Virus record (IMG/VR): IMGVR_UViG_3300010413_000023
Span: 4,191-68,190 of that record
Length of the DNA stretch: 64,000 nt
Origin: a virus
Strand: one strand, 5' to 3'
Under the pieces are notes generated by a model that was given only the letters and a program-made list of their open reading frames with translations, was not told the DNA's origin and ran no database searches. The position numbers were made by a program, and so were the translations under genes. Of this stretch, positions 18,091-29,775 are shown one piece after another (the first letter of the stretch is position 1; each line of letters starts with the position of its first letter).

Positions 18091-19194
18091 TCAATCAATA
18101 TCGGCCCCCGGATGGGGGAGTGTTCCCCTCAGCGCAGAGCGCCCACCACTCAATAGCAAAATACCGTCCTGGTGATGGTCTTCATTTTTCCATGCTGCCC
18201 ACGATCTTGAGAAAAACTCGTTGCGAAATTTCTCCCAACGCTCGCGTCCATACCCAAGATAGCTATTGGCCGTGGCCTCGTTGAATGCGGCCCCATTCAG
18301 GACAGCGCGTGCAAAGCTGTGCATTTCTGGAGCGTCGAGAAAGTCCAGTCGCTTGTCGTTGCCGTTTTCGTCCTCGACCGCGACCCGAACGTGTCGATCC
18401 CCGATTTTGTCGCGCCATTGCACGAAACGAGGAAACACTAGCCCCAGCAGCCCCCCCGACTGGATAAACTCAGACCATTGGATCGTGTCCAGGATAAAGT
18501 TCAGGTTTGGCGCGATCATTTCCTTGAACATTGCGTAACACAGCACCACTCCGGCAACGGGCGGCGGGATCAACAACATCGCAGCAAGATAGCGCGCACG
18601 CGACCAGATAACCGCAAAGTCCACCGTGTATTCGATGGTGACAACCGTCCAGGTTAGCAGGCAGCCAATGATCGCTATGGCGGTGACAATGCCGAATTTT
18701 CTAAGCGCGGCGATAAACCATACGCCGATCAATGCCAGATAGACAACAAGCGGCGACAGCGTAAACGGCCTGAACAGCGGCTCAATCGTTTCGAGTATCA
18801 TTGTCAGCATCGCATCGCGGGCGATCAGCCACTCCCACCACCCGGAGGCAAAGACAAAAAACGCACCGATAAACGAGCCGACTATGGCCCACCTCAAGAG
18901 GTTGATCCGTTTAGTCTCAGGCATCTGCCACCCGAAAAACGCGCAGATCCAAAATACGAGCCGCGAGAACTTTGCACTGATAATGAACAGTGCAAGTGCA
19001 ACAATGGCAACCAGGCCAATCCATCCGACGGCCAGCATAAACAGCGCCACGAGTAGGATGCTCAGATCCCCGGCAATGGCAAAGACTATCGCCTGAATGA
19101 CATAGGTCGCGTACTGGCTTTTGTCGGTTTGCGTATTGCGTACTTTTGTTCCTGATGGCCCAAGATCCCCACCGCCTGGATAACCGTATCCCAT
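18091..19194 (-). CDS. Polytopic membrane protein
   Basis: About six long hydrophobic segments; GGGAG RBS. Confidence 0.6.
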   Translation of the reverse strand: MGYGYPGGGDLGPSGTKVRNTQTDKSQYATYVIQAIVFAIAGDLSILLVALFMLAVGWIGLVAIVALALFIISAKFSRLVFWICAFFGWQMPETKRINLLRWAIVGSFIGAFFVFASGWWEWLIARDAMLTMILETIEPLFRPFTLSPLVVYLALIGVWFIAALRKFGIVTAIAIIGCLLTWTVVTIEYTVDFAVIWSRARYLAAMLLIPPPVAGVVLCYAMFKEMIAPNLNFILDTIQWSEFIQSGGLLGLVFPRFVQWRDKIGDRHVRVAVEDENGNDKRLDFLDAPEMHSFARAVLNGAAFNEATANSYLGYGRERWEKFRNEFFSRSWAAWKNEDHHQDGILLLSGGRSALRGTLPHPGADID

Positions 19195-19512
19195 TTACTC
19201 CCTCACTTTCTCCAGAATCGCAAACGGGCAATGATCGGCGTGGCTTCGTTCTGGCGGATTCTGTAACGCCAAACAGACATCACAAAAATAATATCCTCGT
19301 GGCGCATTCGTTGAACGCTCGAATGATATGTGTCGTTCCTCAAGCTGGACAAGTGCATCCTTCAGCCTCTCATTCTCTGCCCGCGCCTCCTCCAGCGCGG
19401 CGAGCAGGTCGGGGACAGAATCCATCATCGCAAAAACGTCAACACAAGTGACGCCCCACGTTTTAAGCGTTTTTACAGACTTCCTTATCTCGTCAATCCT
19501 GTCCTGGTTCAT
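19195..19512 (-). CDS. Hypothetical protein (Ead/Ea22-like coiled coil)
   Basis: VPDLLAALEEARAENERLK; C..C...H..HCP. Confidence 0.45.
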   Translation of the reverse strand: MNQDRIDEIRKSVKTLKTWGVTCVDVFAMMDSVPDLLAALEEARAENERLKDALVQLEERHISFERSTNAPRGYYFCDVCLALQNPPERSHADHCPFAILEKVRE

Positions 19513-19513
19513 C

Positions 19514-19837
19514 TTAGTCCCCTTTCTCTATTGCCTTTCTCAGCGTCTCGATTGCCCGACCATCCTCTATCATTGCCGCTGTAAATCTGAATACGCTCCA
19601 GCCCAACAATGTCGCCTCGTTGTACTTTTCGCAATCTTTCTCGAAGCCCCCACCGCGAACGTGCCGGCCGCCTGCCCACGTCCCGCCCTCGACCTCGGCG
19701 GCGATCATCTCGGTTGGCCACGCAAAATCAAAACGCCAGCGACGAGTAGGAGAAAAACGCCATTCGCGTTCCGGCGTTGGCAGCTCTGCTATGATATTGA
19801 TCTGGTAGTCGAGCATTTCCTCGGCGGTGGATTTCAT
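19514..19837 (-). CDS. PD-(D/E)XK endonuclease (DUF559/Vsr-like)
   Basis: EWRF..RRWRFDFAW....AAEVEGG.W..GRH...D.EKYN.A...GW..FRF. Confidence 0.8.
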   Translation of the reverse strand: MKSTAEEMLDYQINIIAELPTPEREWRFSPTRRWRFDFAWPTEMIAAEVEGGTWAGGRHVRGGGFEKDCEKYNEATLLGWSVFRFTAAMIEDGRAIETLRKAIEKGD

Positions 19838-20205
19838 ACCAACTCGCCCGCCTTTCTGACTTTCTCCACGAGCCTTCGCGTCCAGGACGGCAGCTCGTCC
19901 ACCCGTCGCTCCAATTCGCTCAACAGTTCAACCAGCGCCTTGGCGTATAGGGCGTCGTTGAACAGAATTTCGCGCCTGTTTATGGCATTGGCGAGTAGGC
20001 GGCGAATGGGGTGCTGGGTCACCATTCTCCCTCATTCAAACTTTTCGACCATATCGGCACCACAATGTCACAAAATAGAACATCCCCAAATCCCCAGGCG
20101 ATCAGATCGTCAGTCGAATAGTACGCCGTGCCGCGCTCGCCGGTCGTCTGGTCTAACGTCTGAACGAGGAACCGGCCGGCGTGGTTGGCGTGGCCGAGGG
20201 GGAAA

Positions 20206-21198
20206 TTACCAGTCATAACCTGGCACCTCCTCAGGCGGCGCTTGCCGTAACTCGTATTCGCACAATTTGAGGTACTGCGGCGCGAAATGCAAGGGCCACA
20301 TAAACCCGGCCTGCTCGAACCGTTGTTTGCTCATTTCCAGAATAAGCAATTCCTGCGTCACGTCGATCATTTCCCCGTTGATCTTGATCGGCGTGTCTCT
20401 CGGCTCAGTCAGCCATGGCCTCCATACCCCGAAATATTTGTCAACCGTCTGCTCGACGGCTGAGGACCATTGAACATCACCCGGCTGTGGGATCTTGATG
20501 TTGCGGATGTCCACCTGCCGACCTGCCTGCGCGCCCAGCCACACCGGGCAGCCAACGCGCATGGCCAGTTCTTTCACCCTGATAATGGCCTCTGATACCT
20601 GCGTAACGCGGTCGGCTACCACGTCAATCGGCACGATCTGGATGTAGTCCATACACAGCAGCGTCGGGGTTTTGCCATAATCCTCTTTCATTCGTTCGAT
20701 TGCCCGGAAAACGACCTCCGTTGTCATTCGTGGCATCCGAATGTCGGCACGGGCCAGGCTATGCCCGATCATCCAAACCGGCAATTGTACGCCGTGGATC
20801 GATTGCTCAATCACCGCCTGCATATCGGCGCGCCCCCACGCCACATCGGACGGGGTAAACTGTCCGCTGATGCCGAGAATGTTCCGCAGTTCCTCGATCA
20901 CCTGCTCCCAGGTCACATACACCACGCATTCAGTGTCTTGCGTCCCGCGTTCAACGATCCGCTTTGCCTCTGCCCGCGCCTGGAACGACAAAAGAGACGA
21001 TTTGCCGTGACCAGGACGACCAACAACGGCAGCCACATCACCGGGATGTAACGGGATCATTCGCTTGTCCACAACCGGAACGCCAAATGGAACGCCGGGC
21101 GTTGTGTGGATGCGCTCTGCCCAGTCTTTCCACGCCACGGCCTGTGCTGCGGGCGGGTAAACAAAATCGCGGTAATCGAACGTCCGGGCTTGGGTCAT
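20206..21198 (-). CDS. DnaB-like replicative helicase (C-terminal ATPase domain)
   Basis: Walker A GRPGHGKS, YVTWEQ, Walker B DYIQ, AQAGR, EQTVD, KQR. Confidence 0.85.
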   Translation of the reverse strand: MTQARTFDYRDFVYPPAAQAVAWKDWAERIHTTPGVPFGVPVVDKRMIPLHPGDVAAVVGRPGHGKSSLLSFQARAEAKRIVERGTQDTECVVYVTWEQVIEELRNILGISGQFTPSDVAWGRADMQAVIEQSIHGVQLPVWMIGHSLARADIRMPRMTTEVVFRAIERMKEDYGKTPTLLCMDYIQIVPIDVVADRVTQVSEAIIRVKELAMRVGCPVWLGAQAGRQVDIRNIKIPQPGDVQWSSAVEQTVDKYFGVWRPWLTEPRDTPIKINGEMIDVTQELLILEMSKQRFEQAGFMWPLHFAPQYLKLCEYELRQAPPEEVPGYDW

Positions 21199-22199
21199 TG
21201 GCTGCGGCCTCGCATTTCTATCACGGGCGATCCTCTTGCCGTGAGCTGTCCCGCCGCTATTTTGGCGATCACCATCGTCACATCTGGCTCGAATGCGCCC
21301 GCGTATGGTGACGAATACGCCCCTGGTATTTTGAACGCCACACCTGAGTATTTTTCCGGCATCACCCGCAGCGCCTCGATCATCTGCGCGGATGACGCCC
21401 CTATGTTCTCTGCGATGGTTTTCAGTTTCCTCGGCCAGTGGTGCTGATTCGATTCCGGCATATCAGACAAACGCACCCCCAGGATACAGGCACAGTAGGC
21501 ATCTGCCACCGTCACCCACTCGTCAGGCGCTGCGTTTTCGTGGGTCTTGATCACCCCTTCGCCAACGTCACGGCCGGCAATGGCTTGTAAGGATTTTAGT
21601 CGCTCCTCTTTTGTCGGCTGCTGTGCTGGCGTTGTTGGTGTTGACCATTCGATCTCGTCATCCGGTAGGATTTCGGATTCCGATTTTTCGCCGTCAGGCG
21701 GAGTATTTTTCTCTGATGTAGTCTCTGTAGTAGTCTCTGGTATTGGTGTTGCCAAGTTGTCAATGCCATCATGACAACTTGGCAATGCCATATTGACAAC
21801 TTGACAATAGGCTTTTTCGACTTGCTCCAGTTCGTCATAGTCGATGCGATACCATAGCGTCTTGTCATATCCTTTTTGGTTGTAATTGCCGGTGATGATC
21901 AGCGCCTTACGAGTGACCCGCTTGTCTGTCTCTGTCGCTTCGTGTGGCTTTCGCAATGACTCGATAACGCGCCACACGGTGCGCTCGCTCCAGAACGGAA
22001 AATTTTCTTGCCACTCAGATCCGGTATTCCAAACCCACCATTGCCCATTCTGCTTGTGATGGGCATCCTTTACCTCTTTGAACTTTTCAACCCAGTAATG
22101 GATCTGCTGCAAGACAATCGCCTCGTTGAGGCCAATCGCGGCGGCCAGTTTTGGCATAACCATAAGGGGATGCCCGTCAATCAGTAGTTTTGATGCCAT
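21195..22199 (-). CDS. Phage replication initiator (winged-helix N-terminus)
   Basis: LAAAIGLNEAIVLQQIHYW...WVWNT..EW...FPFWSERT...NYN..GYDKTLWYRIDY; PIPETT linker. Confidence 0.8.
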   Translation of the reverse strand: MASKLLIDGHPLMVMPKLAAAIGLNEAIVLQQIHYWVEKFKEVKDAHHKQNGQWWVWNTGSEWQENFPFWSERTVWRVIESLRKPHEATETDKRVTRKALIITGNYNQKGYDKTLWYRIDYDELEQVEKAYCQVVNMALPSCHDGIDNLATPIPETTTETTSEKNTPPDGEKSESEILPDDEIEWSTPTTPAQQPTKEERLKSLQAIAGRDVGEGVIKTHENAAPDEWVTVADAYCACILGVRLSDMPESNQHHWPRKLKTIAENIGASSAQMIEALRVMPEKYSGVAFKIPGAYSSPYAGAFEPDVTMVIAKIAAGQLTARGSPVIEMRGRSQ

Positions 22200-22509
22200 G
22201 TTTTCTCCTGTGACAAGATTCGCAGAGCACGATCAAGTCAGTATCTAACTCGTAACCCAGTCGTTCATAGGTCAAATGGTGAACGTGTAAAACCGTATCG
22301 GTCTTGCCGCATTCCTGGCAAACAAATCCGGTAAGCTCAAGTTTGCGCTTTCTTGTTTCCTGCCAGTAGGACGACGCCAGATAGTCGTCATAATAGACAA
22401 AGGGTGGCTTGTGTGGCTCGATAATGTCGAGCTCGACATCCAAAATCTTGGCGTGTCGGGCAATCATATTAGCCCTTGCGGCCTCGATAATAGCAGAAAA
22501 GTCGCTCAA
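22177..22509 (-). CDS. HNH endonuclease
   Basis: YLASSYW..RK...CQECG....LHVHHLTYERLG.E...DL..LCESCH. Confidence 0.8.
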   Translation of the reverse strand: MSDFSAIIEAARANMIARHAKILDVELDIIEPHKPPFVYYDDYLASSYWQETRKRKLELTGFVCQECGKTDTVLHVHHLTYERLGYELDTDLIVLCESCHRRKHGIKTTD

Positions 22510-23429
22510 TGGTTTTTCCTCGCTTGTTTCAGAAATTCGGCAAACTCTGACGCGCTGCCACCATAAATGGTAAAAAAGTCGTCTGGCTTGCAAGTCAGTT
22601 CTACCACCCGCGCTCTATCCCCAAACCATCCAGCCATCTCATTCGCCCTGTCTGTGGCGTCGGGATCAAGACAGATCATCACCTCGGCGAATTGTGAGAA
22701 CTTGGTGACCCAGGCGCGCTTGAAACCGGCTTTGCCCATCGTCGCCACGACATTGCCCCCGATGCGGTCCTTGACGATGATTCGTTTGATCTCTCCCTCG
22801 ATTACCAAGATGCTCGACTTGTCTGGGCTGTACACGTCATCCGCGCCAAAGAGGGTATTCCCAAGTCCTGCCATGTGAGGACGATAGCGGTCATTGTCGT
22901 TGGTGATCAACCTGTGCCGGATGTTGACGAGATTGCCCCCGTTGATCACGGGTATGGTCAGGCTCATCCGCTCGCGTGGTTGGTCAGTCTTGCAGTGATG
23001 GCACACGCCGAGTTTGTACTGGTCGATCAATCTATCGTCGACGCCTTTCTCATACCAAAAGTCTCGCATTTCCTCATCTCGGGCTTGGTTGTAATATCTG
23101 ATGTGGTCGGTACATTGGTGCATTCGTTCCAGAGCGGTGAGGCGTTTGTCGTGTTCGGCCTGTTTTTGTTCCAGAGCCGCAATCCGCATTTCGAGGAGTT
23201 TTTCAGGGCTTGGCGGTTTGGCGTCGTTCTCGTCAATGAATCCCTTGGCGTTACACTTGCGACACCAGTATGAACCCGACGAGAAAATCAGGAACCCGTC
23301 CTCTGTCGCTTGTCCACAGAACGGGCAGGCGCTCGATGCTTCTTGCGCTGTCTTTCGTCTGAACTGCAACCCCGGCCAGCGTGTTTCAGCCTCAACTATT
23401 CGTTGCTCAATTGCCAATGGTTCGCCCAT
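22506..23429 (-). CDS. DNA primase (zinc ribbon + TOPRIM)
   Basis: CPFC...C.KC zinc finger; IPVI...NIRHR; VIEGE; CLDPD; KPDD. Confidence 0.85.
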   Translation of the reverse strand: MGEPLAIEQRIVEAETRWPGLQFRRKTAQEASSACPFCGQATEDGFLIFSSGSYWCRKCNAKGFIDENDAKPPSPEKLLEMRIAALEQKQAEHDKRLTALERMHQCTDHIRYYNQARDEEMRDFWYEKGVDDRLIDQYKLGVCHHCKTDQPRERMSLTIPVINGGNLVNIRHRLITNDNDRYRPHMAGLGNTLFGADDVYSPDKSSILVIEGEIKRIIVKDRIGGNVVATMGKAGFKRAWVTKFSQFAEVMICLDPDATDRANEMAGWFGDRARVVELTCKPDDFFTIYGGSASEFAEFLKQARKNH

Positions 23430-23906
23430 CTCTCGCCCGCCTCACCCCCGTGAAAAGACTAGTGATCAGTCCTCATCATATTCGATGTCGTAAACGAGAT
23501 CGCTTCCGCACTCGGGACAATACATAAAATTGTCGGGATCGTCCTCCGTGCAAACAAGCTGAGACTCATGTCCCTGCCAACCACAAGCGTCGCATTCGAG
23601 TTGGTAAAAGTCATCCATCCCTCGCCCCTTTCGTTAATAGTTGTATGCCTGGATGGCTTCGCAATCGCTCTGCTAGAAAACAATAATACGGCTCGACAAT
23701 CCCGGCCAGGTATAGTGCCTCATCTGGAAAAAGCACCGTCGTACCGTCAACTTGTAAGGAATTGGCGATCTCGAAATGGTGATCTGGTGCTATCGGATAT
23801 TTGCCTAACACCTTGAGCATTCCCGCTTTCTGTGCTGGCGTAAAATCAAATTGCAGTTTATCCATCCCCTCTCCCCTTTCTGAACCCGCCCAGTTGTGAG
23901 TCGGTG

Positions 23907-24366
23907 CTAGTTATCGAACCAAAACACAAGCCGCACATCCTGTAATGCGTCTGGGTAATCACCACGTACGCGATCTTTGAATCCACAGATCGAATTGCCA
24001 AACAGCCACACGCCAAATTCATTCCATTTGAGTAGCCGTTGATCGCTCTGATCGTGCAATCGGCAACCCCACGGCCTGTAACCTAGTTTCTCGTCAAACC
24101 ATTTGATGAGTTCATCAATTTCGTCCAGTGTCAGCCAAGAATCGGTGTGCCCATCAAGCCCCTCGTCTTCGCGGTGCATCCAGGTCGTGAATGAAGCATT
24201 CTCTGGAAACCCGCGCGGCTCAACCATTGGCTCTGGCGATCCATTGTACGCCCGGACGCCTGCCATTTTGGAAAAAACGGTATAGTTTCTCCAAATGTCG
24301 GCAGGCGCATAATAGTGCCACGAATCTGCAACCTTGATCTCGATATGCGCGTGAATGTCGCACCCC
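23907..24366 (-). CDS. Conserved phage hypothetical protein (GCDIH...RLVFWFDN family); start uncertain
   Basis: GCDIHAHIE...RNY..F..MAGVR...PRGFP...H.DSWLTL.E...RLVFWFDN; the expected Met before GCDIH reads AGG here. Confidence 0.55.
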
Positions 24367-25433
24367 CTCTTATCCCTTCCTTTCCTAGAAACAAAAAACT
24401 CGCTTGCTCGCGGGGCCCGTTGGCGGATCTGCATTGCCACTAGGTACAATGCAGACACGGGCCTCGCCAGAAAGCGAGTCATCCTAGTGTTTGGTATGAA
24501 CCCGCGCCAACGGGTTATCATCTACAATTTTACCACATCTTTCGGCTGATGTCAACCCCCAAAATCTACCCATCCGCCCACCCCTCAAACCGTCGCAACT
24601 GTGGCAGCAACAGATACCACAGCATTCTGTCCCAGATTGCCGTCTTTGTCTCGGGCGGCAGTTCGACACACGCCGGCCTGTCCCTGGCGATGAATAGGAT
24701 GCACATCAGCAGGATGCCGATGGGAATGCCGATAAATAGACCAAGTGCGAATGTGATCATAGCCCCGGCGTCTCCTCGATAATGTGGGCCTCGGCGAGGA
24801 GACGATCAACGAAGGTGATGATTGCACACCTGCACAAACCGATTCGATCTACCGCTGCCTGATAATTTGGCGTATCCGAATAGACGAGCAATTCCAGATC
24901 GGCCCGTGCCGTAATAATGTCTGAGATCAAGTCATTCAATTTCCTCCGCTGTTCCTCATTCATTGTCCGCCTCCCAATCGGTGAAACGGACGTGACCGCA
25001 AGCCGGGACAAGCTCGCCATTTTCTCTCTCGACAACAGACATCGCATCACCGTCACTGTCGGCATAGACGAGATGAAAATAACCCGGTTCTGGATCGCCC
25101 CAACGACCGCCTAGCCACGCCTGGAATATGCACCGTCTCAGCCCTGCGCGGGGATCGGGAACTGTCTCGCACAATTCAGCCTGGAAAAACTCAGTCGGCG
25201 TCGTGTATCTGTTCCGCAGTTCCTCAAGCAATGATGCCAATGCCTCGCCTTCGGTGTCAGCCCAACATTGTATGGCGTCCAGGTGGGGCACCTTGTGACT
25301 GCCACGGAACAAGGCGCGGGCAACAAATCCTGTCCTGTTTCCCTCCTCTTGCACCGTGATGCGAAATACCGGCGGATCGGTACTATAAAAATCAAATGGA
25401 ATAGTTGTATCATCAAAGTTGTAAGTTGTCATC

Positions 25434-25655
25434 TCATTCCCCTTTCTGTTCCCACTCCCACCTCGCCCCCGGCACGCAAATCTCGCGACCGGCTCGGGTG
25501 ATGCGGTTAGCGCGGGCTAACCAGTTCAGCCAGCGGTGTATTGTACTTGTCGAATGTGCTCCAATTCCTTGCATCATTTGTGCGACCGTCGGGGTATTCC
25601 CCTGGTGTTCCCGTTTGTATGAAACGAGAAAATCGAACAATGCGTTAGCGTCCAT
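25434..25655 (-). CDS. LexA-like N-terminal winged-helix DNA-binding protein
   Basis: FL..Y..EH.G..PTVAQM..GIG..STSTIHRWL..L. Confidence 0.75.
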   Translation of the reverse strand: MDANALFDFLVSYKREHQGNTPTVAQMMQGIGAHSTSTIHRWLNWLARANRITRAGREICVPGARWEWEQKGE

Positions 25656-25667
25656 CTGTTCCCCTCT

Positions 25668-25696
25668 ATTTTATCACAGAATAACTATTCTGTCAA
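25668..25696 (-). promoter_or_regulatory. Sigma70 promoter with embedded palindromic operator
   Basis: TTGACA-17-TAAAAT; palindrome ACAGAATA-AC-TATTCTGT (25676-25693) spans the spacer; directly upstream of the LexA-like gene. Confidence 0.75.
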
Positions 25697-25710
25697 TATG
25701 ACAGTTTGTG

Positions 25711-26469
25711 TCATATTAGCGCCAACTGTTCCGGCACATTCTCCCGGTACAAATGCGCCTGCGATTCGTGCATAAACAGGCGCTCGATACGGGGATCTTT
25801 GCCGTTCGATGTATTCAAATCTGTTTTTGTTTCCATCTCTCGCACGCAAACAAACTCATCAGGCGCGGCATATTCCGAGATAATGGTCGTATGCCCGACA
25901 GTGACCCAGCTCCTAACTGTCTGCCAAAATTCACTTGTATCAAATTCAAAAGAAGATCCGCTATATCCTTCTGTGTTTTTATATGGCGGATCGGCGTAAA
26001 TAAGGCATTCGGATTGTGGGGGTGGGCTGCGATAGTCGGAAAAGAAGAAAAGAACTGAATAGAGCGAAGATAATTTTCTTAGCAGCTCTTTTCTCGATCC
26101 GTTTGCATATCCGTTTATTCTGTCCTTTCTGTTGCTTATTGCATAGCCTCCAAAAAGTCGCCCACTATGACTACACCCAAACCCGATAAATGCCGTCAAT
26201 GCCGGATCGAACTTGCCTGCTTTGGCATCCTGGTACATTTCCTCTGTCACCACACGCGGCGGCTGCCAACCGTTCTGCAGCGCCTTCCACATCTCGATCA
26301 ACTCGAAACACCCATCGCTAGCGTACATCGGGCCGACGTTGTGGACGTGGATCGTCACCCAACACGAACCGCAAAACGGCTCCCAGTAGGCTTGCCCAGG
26401 CTTGCGGATTTGATTGATGACGTAGGCAATTTCTTTGCCCAGCCGCGACTTGCCGCCTAGATACCGCAT
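25711..26469 (-). CDS. DNA adenine methyltransferase (D12/Dam-like)
   Basis: MRYLGGKS, EPFCGS (motif I), YADPPY (motif IV). Confidence 0.9.
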   Translation of the reverse strand: MRYLGGKSRLGKEIAYVINQIRKPGQAYWEPFCGSCWVTIHVHNVGPMYASDGCFELIEMWKALQNGWQPPRVVTEEMYQDAKAGKFDPALTAFIGFGCSHSGRLFGGYAISNRKDRINGYANGSRKELLRKLSSLYSVLFFFSDYRSPPPQSECLIYADPPYKNTEGYSGSSFEFDTSEFWQTVRSWVTVGHTTIISEYAAPDEFVCVREMETKTDLNTSNGKDPRIERLFMHESQAHLYRENVPEQLALI

Positions 26470-27091
26470 AGCCCCAATCTCTCCGCTATCAGCACGGCAA
26501 TCAAGGCCAACGTGCAAATGATGGTGATAATGGTGGCAATGGTGCGTTCGCGTTTGGTGGTCATTGTTGCGCCTCCTCAAAACTTGGAAACCGTAACGCG
26601 TCAATCATGGCCAACAGCAATTGGCGGGCCTCGTCTTTTGACAGACTGTGAACGACGCCACCTCCGATATTGATCTCGATGCGCTGTTCACCGTCGCGTC
26701 TGGTGTAGGACTCGACCTTGATGTCGGTCATTGTTCTCCCCTTGTCGTGGCCTGTAGTCGCTCCGTCGCCTCCACCAGCTCGCGTACACTTTGCCGTATA
26801 TCGTCCAGTACGGCAAGTATGGCCGTCAGGTGCTCGTCGTCCTCTGCGGCAAGACGGGCCAGGTTGGTGTAGTAGTCGATCTGGGTTTCGATGTCGGTTA
26901 GCATTTCTCCTCCAACTTGGCAAACGTGATCTGACGCCCGTCCGCCATCGTCACGCATAGCGGAACGTCACCCGAGAGCCACCGTTTCCAGTTCGGGCCG
27001 ATGCGGTGCTGTCCAATTTCGACCCGCTGGCCGTCGGTGTCCGTGTACCATTCAAAAACTGTCTTGGCGTCGGTATGGGTGTAGTAGAGGG

Positions 27092-27364
27092 TCATCTCCC
27101 GACTTTCTCCATAATGTGCCCACAGTGAGGGCACCAGTTGACATGACCGTCAATGAGACGATAGCGGGCGGGTGTTCGTCCCCCGCGTTGCCCCGGCTGT
27201 GACCAGCGTGCAGGCTCCGACTTGATGATAAACGCCTTTTCGTATCTGTGGATGTAAACCGCTACCTGCCGGTAACAGATGAAAACACGCGCCGCGATCT
27301 CGGCTATTGAGCTATCTGGATGTTCAGCTAGATCAATGAAAATGAGTTTTGCCGTTTCGTTCAT
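27092..27364 (-). CDS. Winged-helix protein with C-terminal CPHC
   Basis: SIAEIA..VFI.YRQV..YIHRYEK; GGRTPARYRL. Confidence 0.5.
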   Translation of the reverse strand: MNETAKLIFIDLAEHPDSSIAEIAARVFICYRQVAVYIHRYEKAFIIKSEPARWSQPGQRGGRTPARYRLIDGHVNWCPHCGHIMEKVGR

Positions 27365-28610
27365 CGCCCCAGCTCCCTCCGTATCTTTTCCGCCGCCCGG
27401 TAGACGGGCTTCATTACGATCAGGTGACACAGATACGCGATCCCACGTTCCAATGCCGCCGCCTTTGCCGCTATGTACTCAGGATCTTGGAACTGGCACA
27501 ATGGCGACGTATCGTCACAGTCGGGCAGCGGGCAATGCTCACATACCACGATCTGTTCGGGCGTGTCGTGCGTTTCGGGAACATACGGCACATAGGGCGT
27601 TTCGTGCAGGCGGTCGGCGCGGGTGTTGGGGATCATTCGTCGCTGCCTTTCCCCTCGTCACTCTCCAACACCATCCCGGCGTACCCATTCCAAGCCTTGC
27701 CGCTGCAAATGGTAAACTCGTCCCTGAATGACTCGAACAAATCAGGGACGATCTTGCCCTTTGCCGTCTCGCGCAGCCCTGGCAGTTCAACCCAAATGCA
27801 GCGTTCCCAGGATGCCGGGCCGACATAACGCGCCTCGTGCGGATCGCCGTTGATGGTGCATTCGATCTCGTCACCGGGCTGCAAAGTTTCCAGGTTGACG
27901 TTGTGCAACTGGATGTGAAAGGTAGCCATTACTCCGTCCAATACCAGCCGACGATCACCGTCACCGGCTGCGCTTCGTCGCCATAGTGAAAATCGTGACG
28001 CTCAAAGCGGTAATGTGTGAAGTTCGAGCCGGGCAGCGTGTTGGTCAGTTTGCTGGATTCGATCTTGCAGCCTGAATGGAAAAAGCGGATCAGCGCATAG
28101 CTGTCATCGTCAACGTGTGGCGGATTTTCTTCAAGATACCCCATCATTTCTGCTGCATAAATTCCCCACGCCGTCACCGGGTAAAAGTTGTCGTCCTCAA
28201 GTACAAATACGATCTTGGCTTTCTCTGTCATCGTCCCTCACCTTTCACCACTGCCGCCTGCACCGTGGCCGTCATCCAGTCCCGATTCATGTCCGTTTCG
28301 ATGTCGCAGGCCAGAATGTTCAAGACGGCAAAAATGATAATTGCTGCTATGAGCCAGCATCTGTGTTTCATCGTTTCGCCCCTTTCAAATTCGCGCCGGG
28401 CTGCCGCCGTTCCCTCACTATCCCGCGTCCTCTATGTGAGGCCCGTCATGTGGTTGCCAGTGGCATTGCCCTCGTTCACCGCCGCGTACAGTCCAGCGCG
28501 ATGATTAAACTTTTCCCCACTCTTGCCCGTCCCGAACGCCTGGGGGTCGTTCGTCTCGCCCCTGCCTTTCGGCTAACCCCAATGTGGTGGACGGGCAACA
28601 GATGGGAAAA

Positions 28611-28898
28611 TTATCGACACAAACTATGATCTAGCCCGCTAAATAGAGCCGCCCCGATATTGCCCGCGCCCCTGATTGGCTCGCCCTCGATACAGGGGTT
28701 TCGCCCCGCGTCGAGTTCCCACTTTGAGAAAACAACCCAGACCGGCGTATCGGCGTCCAGGTTCTCACAGGTATAGTGTACCGACGCGTTGATATTCTCG
28801 AATGGGTTTTCGAGGTAGAATGGGGCATTCGGCTTGAGGTCGCCTTTGGCGACCTGCTCTGCAACTTGTAGCCCGTGAATTACGATTGTGTTTTCCAT
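28611..28898 (-). CDS. Hypothetical protein
   Basis: GAGG RBS; downstream of strong promoter. Confidence 0.45.
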   Translation of the reverse strand: MENTIVIHGLQVAEQVAKGDLKPNAPFYLENPFENINASVHYTCENLDADTPVWVVFSKWELDAGRNPCIEGEPIRGAGNIGAALFSGLDHSLCR

Positions 28899-28975
28899 TC
28901 TCGCCTCTTTCCCGTGTTGTCCAGGTCACTCGCCTGGACTGTGCCCGGATTATGGCTCCGGGCGGGCCTGATTGG

Positions 28976-29155
28976 TTATGGTAATGTGTAGGTTTGGGGC
29001 TTGAATGTGATGGTAAAGTCGGTGATACCCCAAGCCGTGAGTGTGGTTTTTTGGTTGGAGATAAAGGCTTTCGCCTCTTTCTCCGTGTGGAATTTGTAAT
29101 TGTTTGAAATTGTATTGTATGAGATTGTGACGTTGTAATCCGTGAGTTTCTGCAT
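28976..29155 (-). CDS. Hypothetical protein, first gene after promoter P29
   Basis: CAGAAAGAGGGACAAG-ATG start. Confidence 0.5.
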   Translation of the reverse strand: MQKLTDYNVTISYNTISNNYKFHTEKEAKAFISNQKTTLTAWGITDFTITFKPQTYTLP

Positions 29156-29197
29156 CTTGTCCCTCTTTCTGTTTGCGTCCCCCTGTTTGTTGAATAC

Positions 29198-29226
29198 AGT
29201 ATAACACATATTCTATCCAATGTCAA
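29198..29226 (-). promoter_or_regulatory. Sigma70 promoter P29
   Basis: TTGACA-17-TATACT with TG extension. Confidence 0.8.
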
Positions 29227-29263
29227 GGGTTTTTGCAATTAAAAAACAAAGTCTCAACTTTAG

Positions 29264-29452
29264 CTAAAGTTTTAGTACTAAATTTTTAGTAGCAAGATAG
29301 GCAATCAGCGCCTCGCGGCGTTCGTCCGGGGTGGTGTTCTCGGTGATGAAATTGCGCTCCTCGTCTGTCACGGCAAAACGGATAAACTGCGACCGGCGTC
29401 CATCCGTCCTGGCTGGCCGGCCTGCCCCCTTGCGCTTTCCTCCTCGTGGCAT
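29264..29452 (-). CDS. Small DNA-binding protein (RHH/CopG-like)
   Basis: MPRGGKRKGAGRP AT-hook-like start plus IRFAVTDEE strand-helix. Confidence 0.6.
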   Translation of the reverse strand: MPRGGKRKGAGRPARTDGRRSQFIRFAVTDEERNFITENTTPDERREALIAYLATKNLVLKL

Positions 29453-29775
29453 CTCTCCCATTCCTTTCAGTCGAAAAATGGGCGGCTAACCGATGTTGAT
29501 ATGCCCGCCGCCCGGAGGCTGATTAGCACTTCACAATACCCGAAGTCGGCTGATCCGTTACCTCAACAGCCAGACCGCCAGTGCTCCAAAATCGTTTGGT
29601 GATGGTGTACACTTTGCCCGCCTCATGGATCTCGTCGCCGACCTGCGGGGTTGAATGCAAAAAGCCGTACTCAAAGAGAAATTCTGTTTTCCCCCAGCTA
29701 TCGGCCAAATGAACGCCGACAAGGTACGATTTGATTTTGTCCATCTTTATCCCCTTTCTGAAAAATCCCCCGGTA